This document shows, in pieces, positions 11,710-23,700 of a stretch of 64,000 bases of DNA. Source of the DNA: Pristiophorus japonicus (lineage: Eukaryota); the NCBI RefSeq assembly GCF_044704955.1, contig NC_091994.1, positions 20,336,001 through 20,400,000 on the forward strand, written 5' to 3'. The notes beneath the pieces were generated by a model. That model saw nothing but the letters and a program-made list of their open reading frames with translations, did not search any database and was not told the DNA's origin. The first letter of the stretch is position 1. Each line of letters begins with the position of its first letter. Made by a program: the position numbers and the translations under genes.

Positions 11710-13090
11710 TGGCCTGGACATTTGATGGCTCTGCTCCCAAGTTTTGGACGCTAGACTGACACCTAAGCCTCCAATATTGTGTGGGGGTGTGGGGGGCGGG
11801 GGGGGGGGGGGTGTGGCAGGGCGGGTCGGGGGGGCAGAAAGTGTGTGCTCATTATGAGCTGGAGGTGTGCCACCTGCCATATTGGTCTCAGCAAAAAAAC
11901 AATAGGCATCCAGGACACGGGCCTGAGACAGGCAGCAGACCCTTCCCATATGCAAAGAAGAAGCTTAATGTCAGTATGAGGCCTCCTGTGAGAAATTAGG
12001 TTGGCTGCATTAAGGTAAACCAGGTCTATATGGGGCCTAACCAGCAGTTCTGAGTAGAGTGCTTGCTTTGGGAGTCTCGTCTGTGGCATGCGAACTATGT
12101 GGCCTGTCCAGCGGAGCTGATCATGTGTGGTCAGTGCTTCAATGCCGGGGATGTTGGCCTGGTCGAGGACACTAACGTTGGTGCGTCCGTCTTCCCAGGG
12201 GATTTGCAGGATCTTGCGGAGACATCGCTGGTGGTATTTCTCCAGAGACTTGAGGTGTCTACTGTACATGGTCTATGTCTCTGAACCATACAGGAGGGCG
12301 GGTATTACTACAGCCCTGTAGACCATGAGCTTGGTGACAGTTTTGAGGGCCTGGTCTTCCAACACTCTTTTCCTCAGGTGGCCAAAGGCTGCACTGGCGC
12401 ACTGGAGGTGGTGTTGGATCTCGTCGTCAATGCCTGCTCTTGTTGATAGGAGGCTCCCGAGATAGGGGAAGTGGTCCACGTTGTCCAGGGCCGCGCCGTG
12501 GTTCTTGATGACTGGGAGTCAGTGCTGTGCGGCAAGGATAGGCTGGTGGAGGACCTTTATGTTACTGATGTTTAGCGTAAGGCCCATGCAGTCGTACGCC
12601 TCAGTAAATATGTCGACTATGTCCTGGAGTTCAGCCTCTGTGTGTGCGCAGGCATCGTCCGGGTACTGTAGCTCGACGACAGAGATTGGGGTGGTCTTGG
12701 ACCTGGCTTGGAGATGGCGAAGGTTGAACAGGTTCCCACCGGTTCTGTAGTTTAGTTCCACTTCAGCGGCGAGCTTGTCTCTGGAGCATGGCAGCGAGGA
12801 AGAAGAAGAATCAGCAATGCTTAAAGGGTCGCCATCAAAGTGTCAACTTAAAGACACAGGTCTTTGCTGGTCACTGCCCAACCATCCCCCCACCCTCACC
12901 CGATCACTGCCTCGACCCCCTCCCGATCTCCACCTTGACCCCACTCCCGGTCTCCCCCCCCCCCTCCCCCACTACTGCCGGTCGCCCATCTATCTCCTGA
13001 TCGCCAGCCCACCCTCCCCCCGCCTATCCCCCACCCCGGGTCTGCCATCCCCCCGCCCATCACCCCCAATTGACGTCGATACCTTCAACT
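11710..13090. mobile_element. Harbinger-type MITE (same family as 1195-1828) split by an RTE
   Basis: Starts ggcctggacatttg, shares an internal block with 1250-1330 and a C-rich ccgatc-containing block with 1440-1590; right end not resolved. Confidence 0.55.
12043..12778 (-). mobile_element. RTE LINE internal fragment
   Basis: Minus ORFs: VELQYPDDACAHTEAELQDIV, HFPYLGSLLS, LLYGSET, QLRWTGHIVRMP. Confidence 0.9.
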
Positions 13091-13904
13091 TTGGCACATG
13101 CAGCAGAATAATAATCTGTACCTAAGAATTTAAAAAACAAACTTTTTGATCAACCATTGAAATTGTGCCTGCCTCTGATTCGTTCATTTTTCAGCATACT
13201 TGTGATAAAAATATGAATCTCTTATCATCTTAAATCTTTTCCCAAAAAAGAAAATCGCAATGTTTCTCAGCAGTATCATCACCAGTATTTTGTAAAAAGG
13301 ATTCAGGGTGAATTTTAATTTGGCTTTTGAAAAGTAGTAGCAATTTTCAGCTCCACTGAATGACTTATATGGGCTTCACAACAATTCATTTATTATGACA
13401 CTGTTAACAACTGTGGAGGTGGAGAAGTTAAAATTGGTTTGTGTGGGTGCAGTGACATCATTGAGTGGTGACATCACCTTGGCTTGCCTCAGTGCTGTGT
13501 GACTACAGCAAGCAGAATCTTAACCCTTCGTCACAAGAAGGCATTAGTAGTATCAGCTGCTGTTTCAATGACAAATTCTAAACTCTAACTAAACCAAATA
13601 ATATATATTTACCAATATTTTAGATTGCTACAATGTATGCTGAACTTTGATGCACATAAATGGATAAATATAAAAACATTATATTTATCAATAGTAGACA
13701 TGTAACTAGATAGAAAGAGACAGCTTTAGGCATCTGCAGGTATATATATTAGTTATATTCAGAACTGAAATTATGTGTGTATAGTATTCCATGTATTTGA
13801 AAGTTATAAGGGCCCTTTATTAAATAGAGTGGGTGTATATTAAATCCCTTTTTTATTGGGAAATGAAGATGGTTTCACTTTGTATAGTACATGGCTGTGC
13901 AATG

Positions 13905-14297
13905 CCAAATCTTCTTTGCTTACAAATCCCTCCATGACCTCACTCCTCCCTATCTCTGTAATTCCTTCAGCCCCACAATCCTCCCGAGATATCTGCACTC
14001 CTCAAATTCTGACCTCTTGAACATCCCTGATTATAATCACTCAACCATTGCCTTCTGTTGCCTAGACCCTAAGCTCTGGAACTCCATCCCTAAACCTCTC
14101 CGCCTCTCTCACTTTCTTTGGTCATTTAAGACGCTCCTTAAAACCTACCTCTTTGACCAGGCTTTTGGTCATCTGCCATAATTTCTTCTTATGCGGCTTG
14201 GTGTCAAATTTTTGTCTTATAATACTGCTGTGAAGTGCCTTGAGACGCTTTACTACGTTAAAGGTACTATATAAATATAAGTTGTTGTTATTGTTGC
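13905..14297 (+). mobile_element. L2 LINE 3' end
   Basis: YKSLHDLTPPYL...PKLWNSIP...FKTLLKTYLFDQAF; tail ctatataaatataagttgttgtt. Confidence 0.85.
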
Positions 14298-14739
14298 TTG
14301 GAGTACTTATGTCAAAGCAAAACAGTTTCAAAGTCCTAACAGCAAAAGGCAATTTCTGTAAATCGTGTAAAACAGCCGATCATCTTAATTTCTTCTTCAA
14401 AGAGGCAATGAACTATGCTTAAGTATAAGGGTAGATTTTTGGTCTGGGCACCAGGCCAGACCCCTGTGGGCACACCACGTGCATTTTGCCGACAGAACTA
14501 ACCTCACATGATGTTGCTTTCTGTGAGCTCCCCGCACAGATGGAGATGGATGAGCTCTTGAGAATGGAGGAGATGTCAAGTCACAGATGGTAGTTCAGGG
14601 TTAGCTGGGATTATTAATAAGAGTTACTGAAATCTCCTGGAGCTTGCTTAATTGCCTTCAAGGGTCAGAGAGGAATTTCCTAAATTGGCCAAGTTTTTTT
14701 TTCCCCTCTACCAATCACAACATTTCTTGGTACACAGTG

Positions 14740-15660
14740 GTGAGCAGAAGATGCAGCAGCAGAGTTGCTCCATCTGACAATGCTGCCCTTGACGCGCTAT
14801 TCCAGGTGGTGCAGCAAAGGAAAGTTATCCTCTACAGAACTGATCTCTGCCATCATGAACATGTTAGAAATGCCTAGCTGGAGATGACAGAGTGAGTGAA
14901 CACAATCTCCCACATTTGCAGGGCATGAGAACAAATGAGGAAATGTTTGCAGACCTCGGGAAGATTGCCACGGTAAAATTACTCAGAATACAAGCTATCT
15001 GTACAGTGCATGCCACACAGACCTTACTTGCAAACAGGTGCAGCTTCACTGAGGCAACATGCAGTGTACTCAGGTGACCTTTCAACTCATTGAAATACCA
15101 TTGGGATCTTGCAGCAGTGCTTCAAATGTCTCAACCAATTGAGGCTGGGCAAGGGGGTGGTGGTTGGGGGCTTACAGTACAATCCTCCCATCCCCAGGGT
15201 TTCGCTGCAGTCACGACTGCATGTATCATAACTTCTTCCTGCAAAGAGACATCAGCATGTAGGATGATGACCAGCATGGCAAAGTCGTGGCACAAGGCTT
15301 ATTACCACCAGGCCTATCCTGATGCCTCTCTGCACTGTTCATAAACCTATGCTTTAGCTGTGCTGAGGTGATACCTGAGGGCCAGGGATGCCGGAGGAGC
15401 TTGGCTGCGCCTTGGAATGATAAGTTTCCAGGCACTGTTGTGTCCTCGTCTCAGGGCTTTAGAATCCTGGGACGACTCCCCTGCAGGCTACATCGGTACT
15501 GCAAGTGAGTGGGCAACCTGGTCCCATATCCTGACTTCTACATGAACAAGCATTCCCAAGGTTGCACAAAACATCATTAGGAGAGAAGATGGCATAATGC
15601 ACGTGAACTCTAGCCATGCCACTTGTGCTGGGTCATGGATCTGACTTCACACGAGGTCAG
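14740..15660. mobile_element. Highly degraded Harbinger remnant (Myb-like on +, transposase-like on -)
   Basis: Plus strand 'RVAPSDNAALDALFQVVQQRKVILY' resembles a Harbinger Myb N-terminus; minus strand 'QLKHRF...HQDRPGG' resembles the transposase motif 'LKMRFRCLDRSGG'. Confidence 0.4.
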
Positions 15661-15782
15661 CAGAAGGCCAGAGCTGATGGTATCAGTTGATCCTTCAGAC
15701 CCCGAGAAATAGCACCCCAAAATCGCTTGTTAGCTGCTATCCATCATTCCTTCAAAATGGTTCTCGAAGGCCAGAAGGCCAG

Positions 15783-16105
15783 AAAAGAAAGATTTGCATT
15801 CATGTAGCTCCTTTCATGACCAGCGGACGTCTCAAAGCCAATTTGCGCACAGCAAACAGCAATGTGATAATGACCGGATAATCTGTTTCAGTGATGTTGA
15901 TTGAGGAATAAATATTAGCTATGTCACTGGGGATAACTCCCCTGCTCTTCTTCGAAATAGTGACCATAGGATCTTTTACGTCCAGCTGAGAGGGCAAACG
16001 GGGCCTCGGTTTAACGTCTCATTCGAAAGACGGGCACCTCTGACAGTGCAGCGTTCCCTCAGCACTGCACTGGAGTGTCAGGGTAGGTTCATGTGCTCAA
16101 GTCCC
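15783..16105 (-). mobile_element. Deu-domain SINE, internally deleted
   Basis: Reverse complement of the SINE body; the segment between gtctcaaagc and caatttgcgcac is missing. Confidence 0.85.
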
Positions 16106-16678
16106 TTTAATGGGTATCACTGGCAAGGCCAACATTTATTGTCCATCTCTAATTGCCCTCGAGAAGGTCATGGTGAGCCACCATGGCTCTTTGTTGAGAT
16201 TATTAAACTTCTTTTTGCACTGCAAAGTAGACCTGGGATTTAAGAAGTGTCACTCATTGTCACAGCTATCTCTCGCACCAGGTGCATATCACATTCTTGC
16301 TGGGTCTGCTGCTCCTTATGTCCATTGTGAGGACATGCAGACTCGGCTACTTGACGTGTGCTGCTTATTCCTTAATAATGCCGGTCATCCTTATTACCCA
16401 GGTTATTCATTTCCTGCAGTGCTGCTATCAGACTTTAAGCCGGTTTTCTATTTTAAATGAGGATTTACTGATTCACACAAATCCGCTGATCTGTGCAAAT
16501 GTAAAAACTGTGCATGCACACAAATTTGTGATATTATATAAGCTCTGCGGATTTGTCCAAGGAAAACTCGTGACATTGTGAGGTGGTTTTTACAAAAAAA
16601 TGCATCAGGCTGTAAAAAAGGTATTAATTTCAGTCAGCAAATGCTAATGATTGGCAGAGATGAACACCTTATACCCTC

Positions 16679-17122
16679 TGTCAGCTGTGGCTCAGTGGGT
16701 AAGACACTCACCTCTGAATCACAAGGTTGTGGGTTCAGGTCCCACTCCAGGAACTTGAGTACATAAATCTAGGCTGATGCTCCAGTGCAGTGCTGAGGGA
16801 GTGCTGTATTTTCGGATGACATGTTAAATGGCTGCCCTCTCAGGTGGGCATAAAAGATCCCACGGCACTATTTCGAAGAAGAGCAGGGGAGTTATCCCCG
16901 GTGTCCTGGCCAATATTTATCCCTCAATCAACATAACAAAAACAGATTATCTGGTCATTATCACATTGCTGTTGTGGGAGTTTGCTGTGCGGAAATTGGC
17001 TGCCGTGTTTCCCACATTACAACAGTGACTGCATTCCAAAAAAGTACTTCATTGGCTGTAAAGCACTTTGAGATGTCTGGTGGTTGTGTAAGGCGCTATA
17101 TAAAATGCAAGTCTTTCTTTTC
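16679..17122 (+). mobile_element. Near full-length tRNA-headed Deu-domain SINE
   Basis: Pol III A box tggctcagtggg, B box gggttcaggtccc, Deu core and tail ggcgctatataaaatgcaagtctttc. Confidence 0.9.
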
Positions 17123-17139
17123 TCTCCATGTTGTTGTCT

Positions 17140-17590
17140 CCTTTCCCCTGACAAGGCAAACATATCAGTGACTTGTTTGATACAGATTTGAATTACAGAC
17201 AAGTTGATCTGGCAGATGTCCCCTGCAGTGATCTGGAACGATCCTGTGGCACTAAAGCCTTACATGGTTGTAACCTTTACAACAATAGGAAGATCTGTCC
17301 CAATTCTTGGCAGGGTCTGCAAGGCAAGCTGCAGCAGATAATATAACTATGCCATTGCATCTGCAGTAAAGAGGAGGAATCGAAGATGACTCTTGTCTAA
17401 CATGCCCGGGTATCAGTGGCATTGTCTGGATACCCAGGCCCTGGGATAGTGATGGGTACACACGTTGTGCCTAAGGTATCGATAGAGGTACAGGTGATAC
17501 TCCATCAGGAAGTGGTCCTCCTCTTCCAGGTCATGCAACAGAATGGGGTTTGGCAGAGCCAGGCCCAACCTTCTGATACTAGTAGCTAAT
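17140..17590 (-). mobile_element. Degraded Harbinger (HARBI1-like) transposase N-terminal fragment
   Basis: Minus translation FSATGSFQITAGDICQINLSVIQICIKQVTDMF matches the HARBI1-type 'F.ATGSFQ...GD...ISQS.V..CI..VT' motif. Confidence 0.65.
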
Positions 17591-17604
17591 TGGCATGGTA
17601 CAGT

Positions 17605-17635
17605 CTTCCTCGATTCCGAGGGACTGCCTATGATG
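17605..17635 (+). mobile_element. Ultra-short RTE 3'-end insertion with TSD
   Basis: cttcctcgattccgagggactgcctatgatg matches the RTE terminus at about 11225-11255; flanked by atggtacagt / atggtatagt. Confidence 0.8.
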
Positions 17636-19057
17636 ATGGTATAGTGATGCACAGAGCAGCAAAAACCAGGATCAAGGAAAAGATCATGCCAATGAGTACA
17701 CAAACAAATGCACAACTTTTTAAATGCTATTAGTAAAACAAAATGCAATTTTCTAACGCAGTCAAAATGTCAAAAAAAACAGTGCTAAGTCAGTCTGGCC
17801 TATTGTTGAACTGTTTCCTCCCTCACTCCACCCAAAGTGCGTATCCTCATCCACACCTGTGAAATTCGGCAGGGATTTCATTAGCACATTTATATGAGGC
17901 CTGTACATGCACAACCTCCTGAAGCACCCACAAAATCACAAAATCGGGCAGGCAACCAGTCAGATGGCCAACCTTGTGCGCTTGATTTTAGTACCTTCAC
18001 TGCACTGCCAAGTGGCATCACGCCATTTTTGCTCTTAACCAATGGCAGTCGAGCAGTAGCCAGTGCGCAGCTTATGTTTTCACTTTCTAGATTGACTGCT
18101 AATCCACCATTCAATATTTTTACCAATGCTCCAATTGTCCTGTTAGTATTTCTTTTAAAAAATAGGTGGAAAACGGACAGCATTTGGGCATTGGTAACTT
18201 AACACCGTGCCTGTGTTTGAGTACACATGTGCATCCTGCAGTGCTGCCTAACTGCCTCCCCTCTCAAAAGATCCCACGAATAGTGCTATTGTTACATTTT
18301 GGGACAACACGTGGGAGTGACAGCTTTAAGTTTGCACAAATCTATTATTTTCTTTAAACACAAAAACATCAAAATTAAAGTTCAGCTGAAACTGCAGGGG
18401 ACATTGAAAGGACTACCAAAGCGTACATTGATTTTTCTTAATGCCTGGAACACGATTCAATTATTTTCCTTAGGAGAATCAGGATATAATGCTGTTTTAT
18501 TTGGTTTTGTTTGTGAGGGAACAACCGTTGCGTAGATCTATTTCTGATTATTCCAAAGTGTTTGGTACGGTTGCTGTTAGGGCTCAGAGTTAATGATTGC
18601 TACACTCTTCAATTGGGGAGAAGATTCACAAGACGCAAGACTGCTAAATTTTACATTAGGTTTTTCACATCAAGCACACTCCTGGGATCTCTGTTTAAAT
18701 GAGGAGGGGGTGGCACACAGATGAGGCAGTATGAGTCATGCACTGCTCTGATTTGTATTTCTGCTAGCAAATAAGTGTGGAATGAATCCATTCATTCCTT
18801 GAGCACCAGTGACAGCATCAAGTTCCCCTTGGCGCAGAGTATGGCAACAGGCCCCTGACCTTTGACTCTTAACAATATGCATCAGCTACAGTCTCAAAAG
18901 AGCTCCTTTTATCTGCTGTGTGTCAATGCAGCATTCCTAGCTTTCCACCTTTTCCATTCTTGCTTAGATTCACGGGAGTGAAACATCTTACAACAGTAAT
19001 ATTTGCAGTACCTATACATTTTTGGGGCTTTACTCGAGACATTTTCATGAAATCAGT

Positions 19058-19230
19058 GGGGGTGAAATTCAGCTTCAGTGGGGGTGTAAAGTAGGTAGTA
19101 ACGGATTGTCCATCGGTTATAACCACCGCTCGATGATCTCAATGGAAAGGTAGATCAGGCGGGTGTATAATGTGTGGTCCATCCACTAACGCCTGTCATG
19201 CACCACCCCTCGAAGTTGATTTTCACCCCT
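19058..19230. mobile_element. Short Harbinger-type MITE (about 173 bp)
   Basis: TIRs gggggtgaaattcagcttc / gaagttgattttcacccct; flanks AGT/AAT. Confidence 0.7.
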
Positions 19231-19242
19231 AATGACTCAGAA

Positions 19243-19866
19243 GGAAAATGGCATGTTGGCCTTTATTGCAAGGAGTTGGAGTACATGAGTAAGGAAGTCT
19301 TATTACAATTGTACTGGACTTTGGTGAGACCACACGTGGAGTACTGTGCACTGTTTTGGTCTCCTTATCTGAGAAAGGACATACATGCCTTAGAGGCGGT
19401 ACACCAAAGATTCACTAGCTTGATTCCTGGGATGACTGGGTTGTCCTATGAAGAGAGATTAAATAGATTGGGCCCATACTCTCTGACGTTTAGAAGAATG
19501 AGAGGTGATCTCATTGAAACAGAAAAGATTCTGAGGGAGATTGACAGGGTAGATGTTGAGAGGTTGTTTCCCCCTGGCTGGAGAGTCTAGAACTAGGAGG
19601 CATAGTTTCAGGATAAGGGGGTCGGCCATCTAAGACAGAGATGAGGAGAAATTTCTTCACTCGGAGGGTTGTGAATCATTGGAATTCTCTATCCCAGAGG
19701 GCTGAGGATGCTGAGTCATTGAGCATAGTCAAGGCTGAGATAGAGAGATTTTTGGAGTCTAGGGGAATCAAGGGATATGGGAATAGGGCGGGAAAGCGGA
19801 GTTGAGGTCGATGATTAACCATGATCTTATTGATCTATTCCTGCTCCTATTTCTTATGTTCTTATG
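19243..19866 (+). mobile_element. CR1 LINE 3' fragment
   Basis: [21 protein letters not shown]...RRMRGDLIE; tail atttcttatgttcttatg. Confidence 0.9.
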
Positions 19867-20464
19867 ACCACTCCAATAGGAAAATTTCAAGCATCATTCA
19901 CTATGACCCAAATTGTGCCTTTAACTGCGTATCACTTGCGTACATGATTCAAAGAAATGGTGCTAGTATTATACCAATACCAAGAATATAACTAAAGCAT
20001 AAAATTAAATCTGAAAATCTACTGACACTTCCTTTTATCCTCAGACAAGGACATATCAAGAAGATCTATTCTTTTGCCACTCAGTTTCATATAAGTCAGA
20101 CATGCGAAAGAATTTGTAACTACATAAATAAAGAAGGTTTAATGATTTGTGTATATGAGAGAGGGAGAGTACGTGTGCGTGTGTGTGTAAACTCATTTCA
20201 GATAACTAAATAAAACAAGTATTATATGACACGTCAAATAGATTTCAAATGAATAACTGGATACAACTTAAGCCTACCATCATGCTATCGTTTTCACTTT
20301 GGTGCAAAGAGTCTCAGGTGTGCATTGACATGGAATTGCCACTATAGCCTGGGTTTAAGAACACTGAGGGAGAACAGTAAGAAAAGCAGGGGTGAGAATC
20401 TAATAGTCAGACCAGCAATAAAATGCCCAAAACAAGACAAATAGGTGAGATTGCTGGTGAGATC

Positions 20465-20830
20465 AAGAAATAACTTATATTTATATAGCACTTTTCATGT
20501 CCTTCATTCAACCCAAAGTGCTTCATCGCCAATGAACTACTTTTGAAATATAGTCGCTGTTGTGTTGCAGGCACACAGTGCAGCCGATTTGCACACAACA
20601 AGGTTCCACAAACAGATAAATGAAAGTGAATCTATTTTTGGTGGTGTTGATTGAGAGAGAAATTTAAACCTCAGAACTCCCCACTCAGTTTAACGTCTCA
20701 TCTGAAAGATGGCACTTGCAACAATGCAGCACTCTCTCAGTAGTATCATCTTAGATTATGTGTTCAAGTGAGGCTTGAACCCACAACGTCCTGACTCAGA
20801 GACAAGAGTGCTCCATTAGAGTCAACCGAA
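20465..20830 (-). mobile_element. Degraded Deu-domain SINE
   Basis: Tail cttatatttatatagcac, core gttta.cgtctcatctgaaagatggcac, head cttgaacccacaac..cctgactcaga. Confidence 0.7.
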
Positions 20831-20852
20831 CCAAGCAGACACATAGGGAAAT

Positions 20853-21056
20853 TACATAGAATATACAGCACAGAAACAGGCCATTTGGCCCAACTAGTCT
20901 GTTCTGGAGTTTATACTCCACATGAATCTTCTCCCATTCCATCTACCTCATCTCGGCCTTTCAGTCTATCTTTCTATTCCCTTTTCTCTTATGTACTCAT
21001 CTAGTTTCTTTTTGAAAGCATCTAAGCCATTTGCCCCAACCACTTCCTGTGGTAGA
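20853..21056 (-). mobile_element. Old CR1-like 3' end, target of the Gypsy insertion (resumes 30546-30647)
   Basis: ccacttcctgtggtag|...|gtagcgagttacacattctcaccactctctgagtaaag reconstitutes a CR1 3' motif. Confidence 0.7.
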
Positions 21057-21351
21057 TGTAGTGTCTCTGCACCTTGTTACAAACTCACACGAGGCATGTA
21101 TATATCAGACACGGTCACTCTGTGACCTTCACTTTATTCCCAGGACCAAAGAGTGCTGACCCTGGGTGGGACCTCCTCTTTTATACCTGGAAACCCAGGT
21201 GAGGAGTGTCTCCCGCAAGCTCACCCTCTGTGGTCAGGGTGTGAATTTCAAGGGTACAGGTACAGTGTGCATGAGTTACAGTTACATAACTATTGTCATT
21301 GCAACCTGGTTAAATACATGACATCACCTCCCCCCTTGAGTCTTTTTAGTT

Positions 21352-23022
21352 TCAGAGGTTAAGTCTGTCAGGTGGTCGACGCTCTCTCGTGGAGCGCCGC
21401 AGTTGTGGCTCTGGTGGCTGGGCCTCAGCATGCGTCTCTGTCACTTGAAGTAATTCCGGACTGTCCGGGCTGGCCGCAGGGACTGTGCATGCTGAGGGCT
21501 GTCTTTGTTGCTCATACGCTGGCAGTGGTGTGGGTGCTATCTCATCATGCTCTTCTTCCGGTTCCTCCGTGTCTATGCTGAACCTTGTCTTTACTTGGTC
21601 CAAGTGTTTGCGGCATATCTGCCCATTGTTTAGTCTGACCACCATGACCCTGTTTCCTTCTTTGCCAATTACGGTGCCCTTAAGCCATTTGGGTCCCAAA
21701 GCATGGTTAAGAACAAATACCGGGTCATCTATTTCTATACACCTCCCCCTTGAGCCTCGATCATGATGTTCGGTTTGGGACTGGCGCTTGCCCTCAACAA
21801 TGTCTGCCAGGGCTGGGTGAATGAGGGGCAGCCGCGTCTTGAGCGTGCATTTCATGAGGAGTTCCACTGGCGGGACTCCCGTGAGCGAGTGCGGCCGGGA
21901 CCTGTAGGCCAGCAGAAGGCGCGATAGGCGGTACTGAAGGGAGGGTCCTTGGATGCGTAGCATGCCCTGCTTTATGACTTGGACCGCCCGTTCCGCCTGG
22001 CCATTGGAAGCCGGCTTGGATGGCGCTGTCCGGATGTGCTTGATACCATTGCCCGACATAAACTCCTGGAATTCATGGCGAGTGAAACACGGGCCATTGT
22101 CGGTGACCAGGATGTCCGGCAAGCCATGGGTCACGAAAACCGTACGCAGAATCTCCACTGTGATGGATGACGTGCACGAGTTCAATATGATGCACTCGAT
22201 CCACTTTGAGTATGCATCGACTTCGATCAGGAACATTTTCCCCATTAACGGGCCTGCATAGTCTATGTGAATACGTGACCATGGCCTGGTGGGCCAGGGC
22301 CATGGGCTGAGTGGAGTCTCCCTGGGGGCATTGCCCAGCTGGGCACACGTCATGCACCTGCGAACCTGTGACCAGGCAATGGCCTTCATTAACACGATGC
22401 CAGGGTGCTCGCTGTGGAGTTCTCTGATGAACGCTTCCCTTCCTTTCTGGGGCATGACTACCCGGCTGCCCCATAACAGGCAGTCGGCTTGGATGGAGAG
22501 TTCATCCATCTGTCTCTGAAACGGCCTGACTTCCTCAGGGCACGCTCTGTGTGCGGGCGCCCAATTCCCAGTCAGGACACATTTCTTTATCATGGATAGG
22601 AGGAGGTCCCTGTTGGTCCAGAGTTTGATCTGTCGGGCTGTGATGGGGGAGCCCGCAGTGTCAAAAGCCTCAACGGCCATGACCATCTCGGCGCTCTGCT
22701 CCGACGCCCCCTCGGTGGTGGCCAGTGGGAGCCTGCTGAGTGCGTCAGTGCAATTTTCGGGGTCTGGCCGATGCCGTATAGTGTAGTCATACGCAGCCAG
22801 CGTGAGGGCCCATCGCTGTATGCAAGCTGATGCGTTAGCGTTGACAGCCTTGCTGTCGGACAACAGGGATGTTAACAGCTTGTGGTCCGGCTCTAGCTCG
22901 AACTGTCTGCCGAAAAGGTACTGGTGCATCTTTTTCACACCGTACACACACGCGAGTGCCTCCTTCTCGACCATGCCATATCCACACTCTGCCTGGGAGA
23001 GCGACCTGGAGGTGTAAGCCAC
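21352..23022 (-). pseudogene. Outer Gypsy pol: RNase H C-terminal part plus integrase (556-aa open stretch)
   Basis: EKEALACVYGVKK, ELHSEHPGI..CMTC, WSRIHIDYAGP, VTDNGPCF, SNGQAERAV (DDE integrase). Confidence 0.9.
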
Positions 23023-23700
23023 CGGTTAGAGTCGGCCATCTGCGTTACCCTGCTGCAATACACACCCAACCTTGTAGGATGACGCATCGCATGTTGAAAC
23101 CAGTTTTTTACAGGGGTCATACAAAGTCAACAGTTTGTTGGAACACAGCAGGTTCCTCACCTTATTGAAAGCCCGTTCTTGACAATCCCCCTAAAACCAT
23201 TCACAACTTTTACGGAAGAGCATGTGTAATGGCTCCAAAAATGTGCTTAAGTTCGGCAGAAAGTTCCCAAAGTAGTTCAAAAGTCCCAGGAATGATCGCA
23301 ACTCCGATGTGTTGCCGGGCCTGGGCACCCGGCGAATTGCCTCAGTTTTTGATTCAGTGGACCGGATCCTGTCTGCGGCAACCCTCCTGCCCAGGAACTC
23401 GACCTCTGGGGCCAAAAACACATACTTGGCCGTTTTCAGCCGCAAGTCTACCCGATCCAATCGATATAGCACCTCCTCCAAATTGCGGAGGTGTTCCTCG
23501 GTGTCTCGACCCGTTATAAGGATGTCGTCTTAGAATACGACCATTCCAGGGATGGACTTGAGCAAGCTTTCCATGTTTCGCTGAAAGATAGCCGCTGCCG
23601 AACGAATGCTAAACGGGCACCTGTTATAGACAAATAATCCTTTGTGCGTCGTGATGGTGGTCAGAAGCTTGGAATCTTCCGCCAGTTCCTGAGTCATTTT

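Noticed and set aside
21352-23022. 556-aa integrase ORF as a domesticated host gene
   Set aside because: It lies within an LTR-bounded element, has a deletion in the zinc-finger region (AWSQ|VRRC), and the upstream pol is broken.
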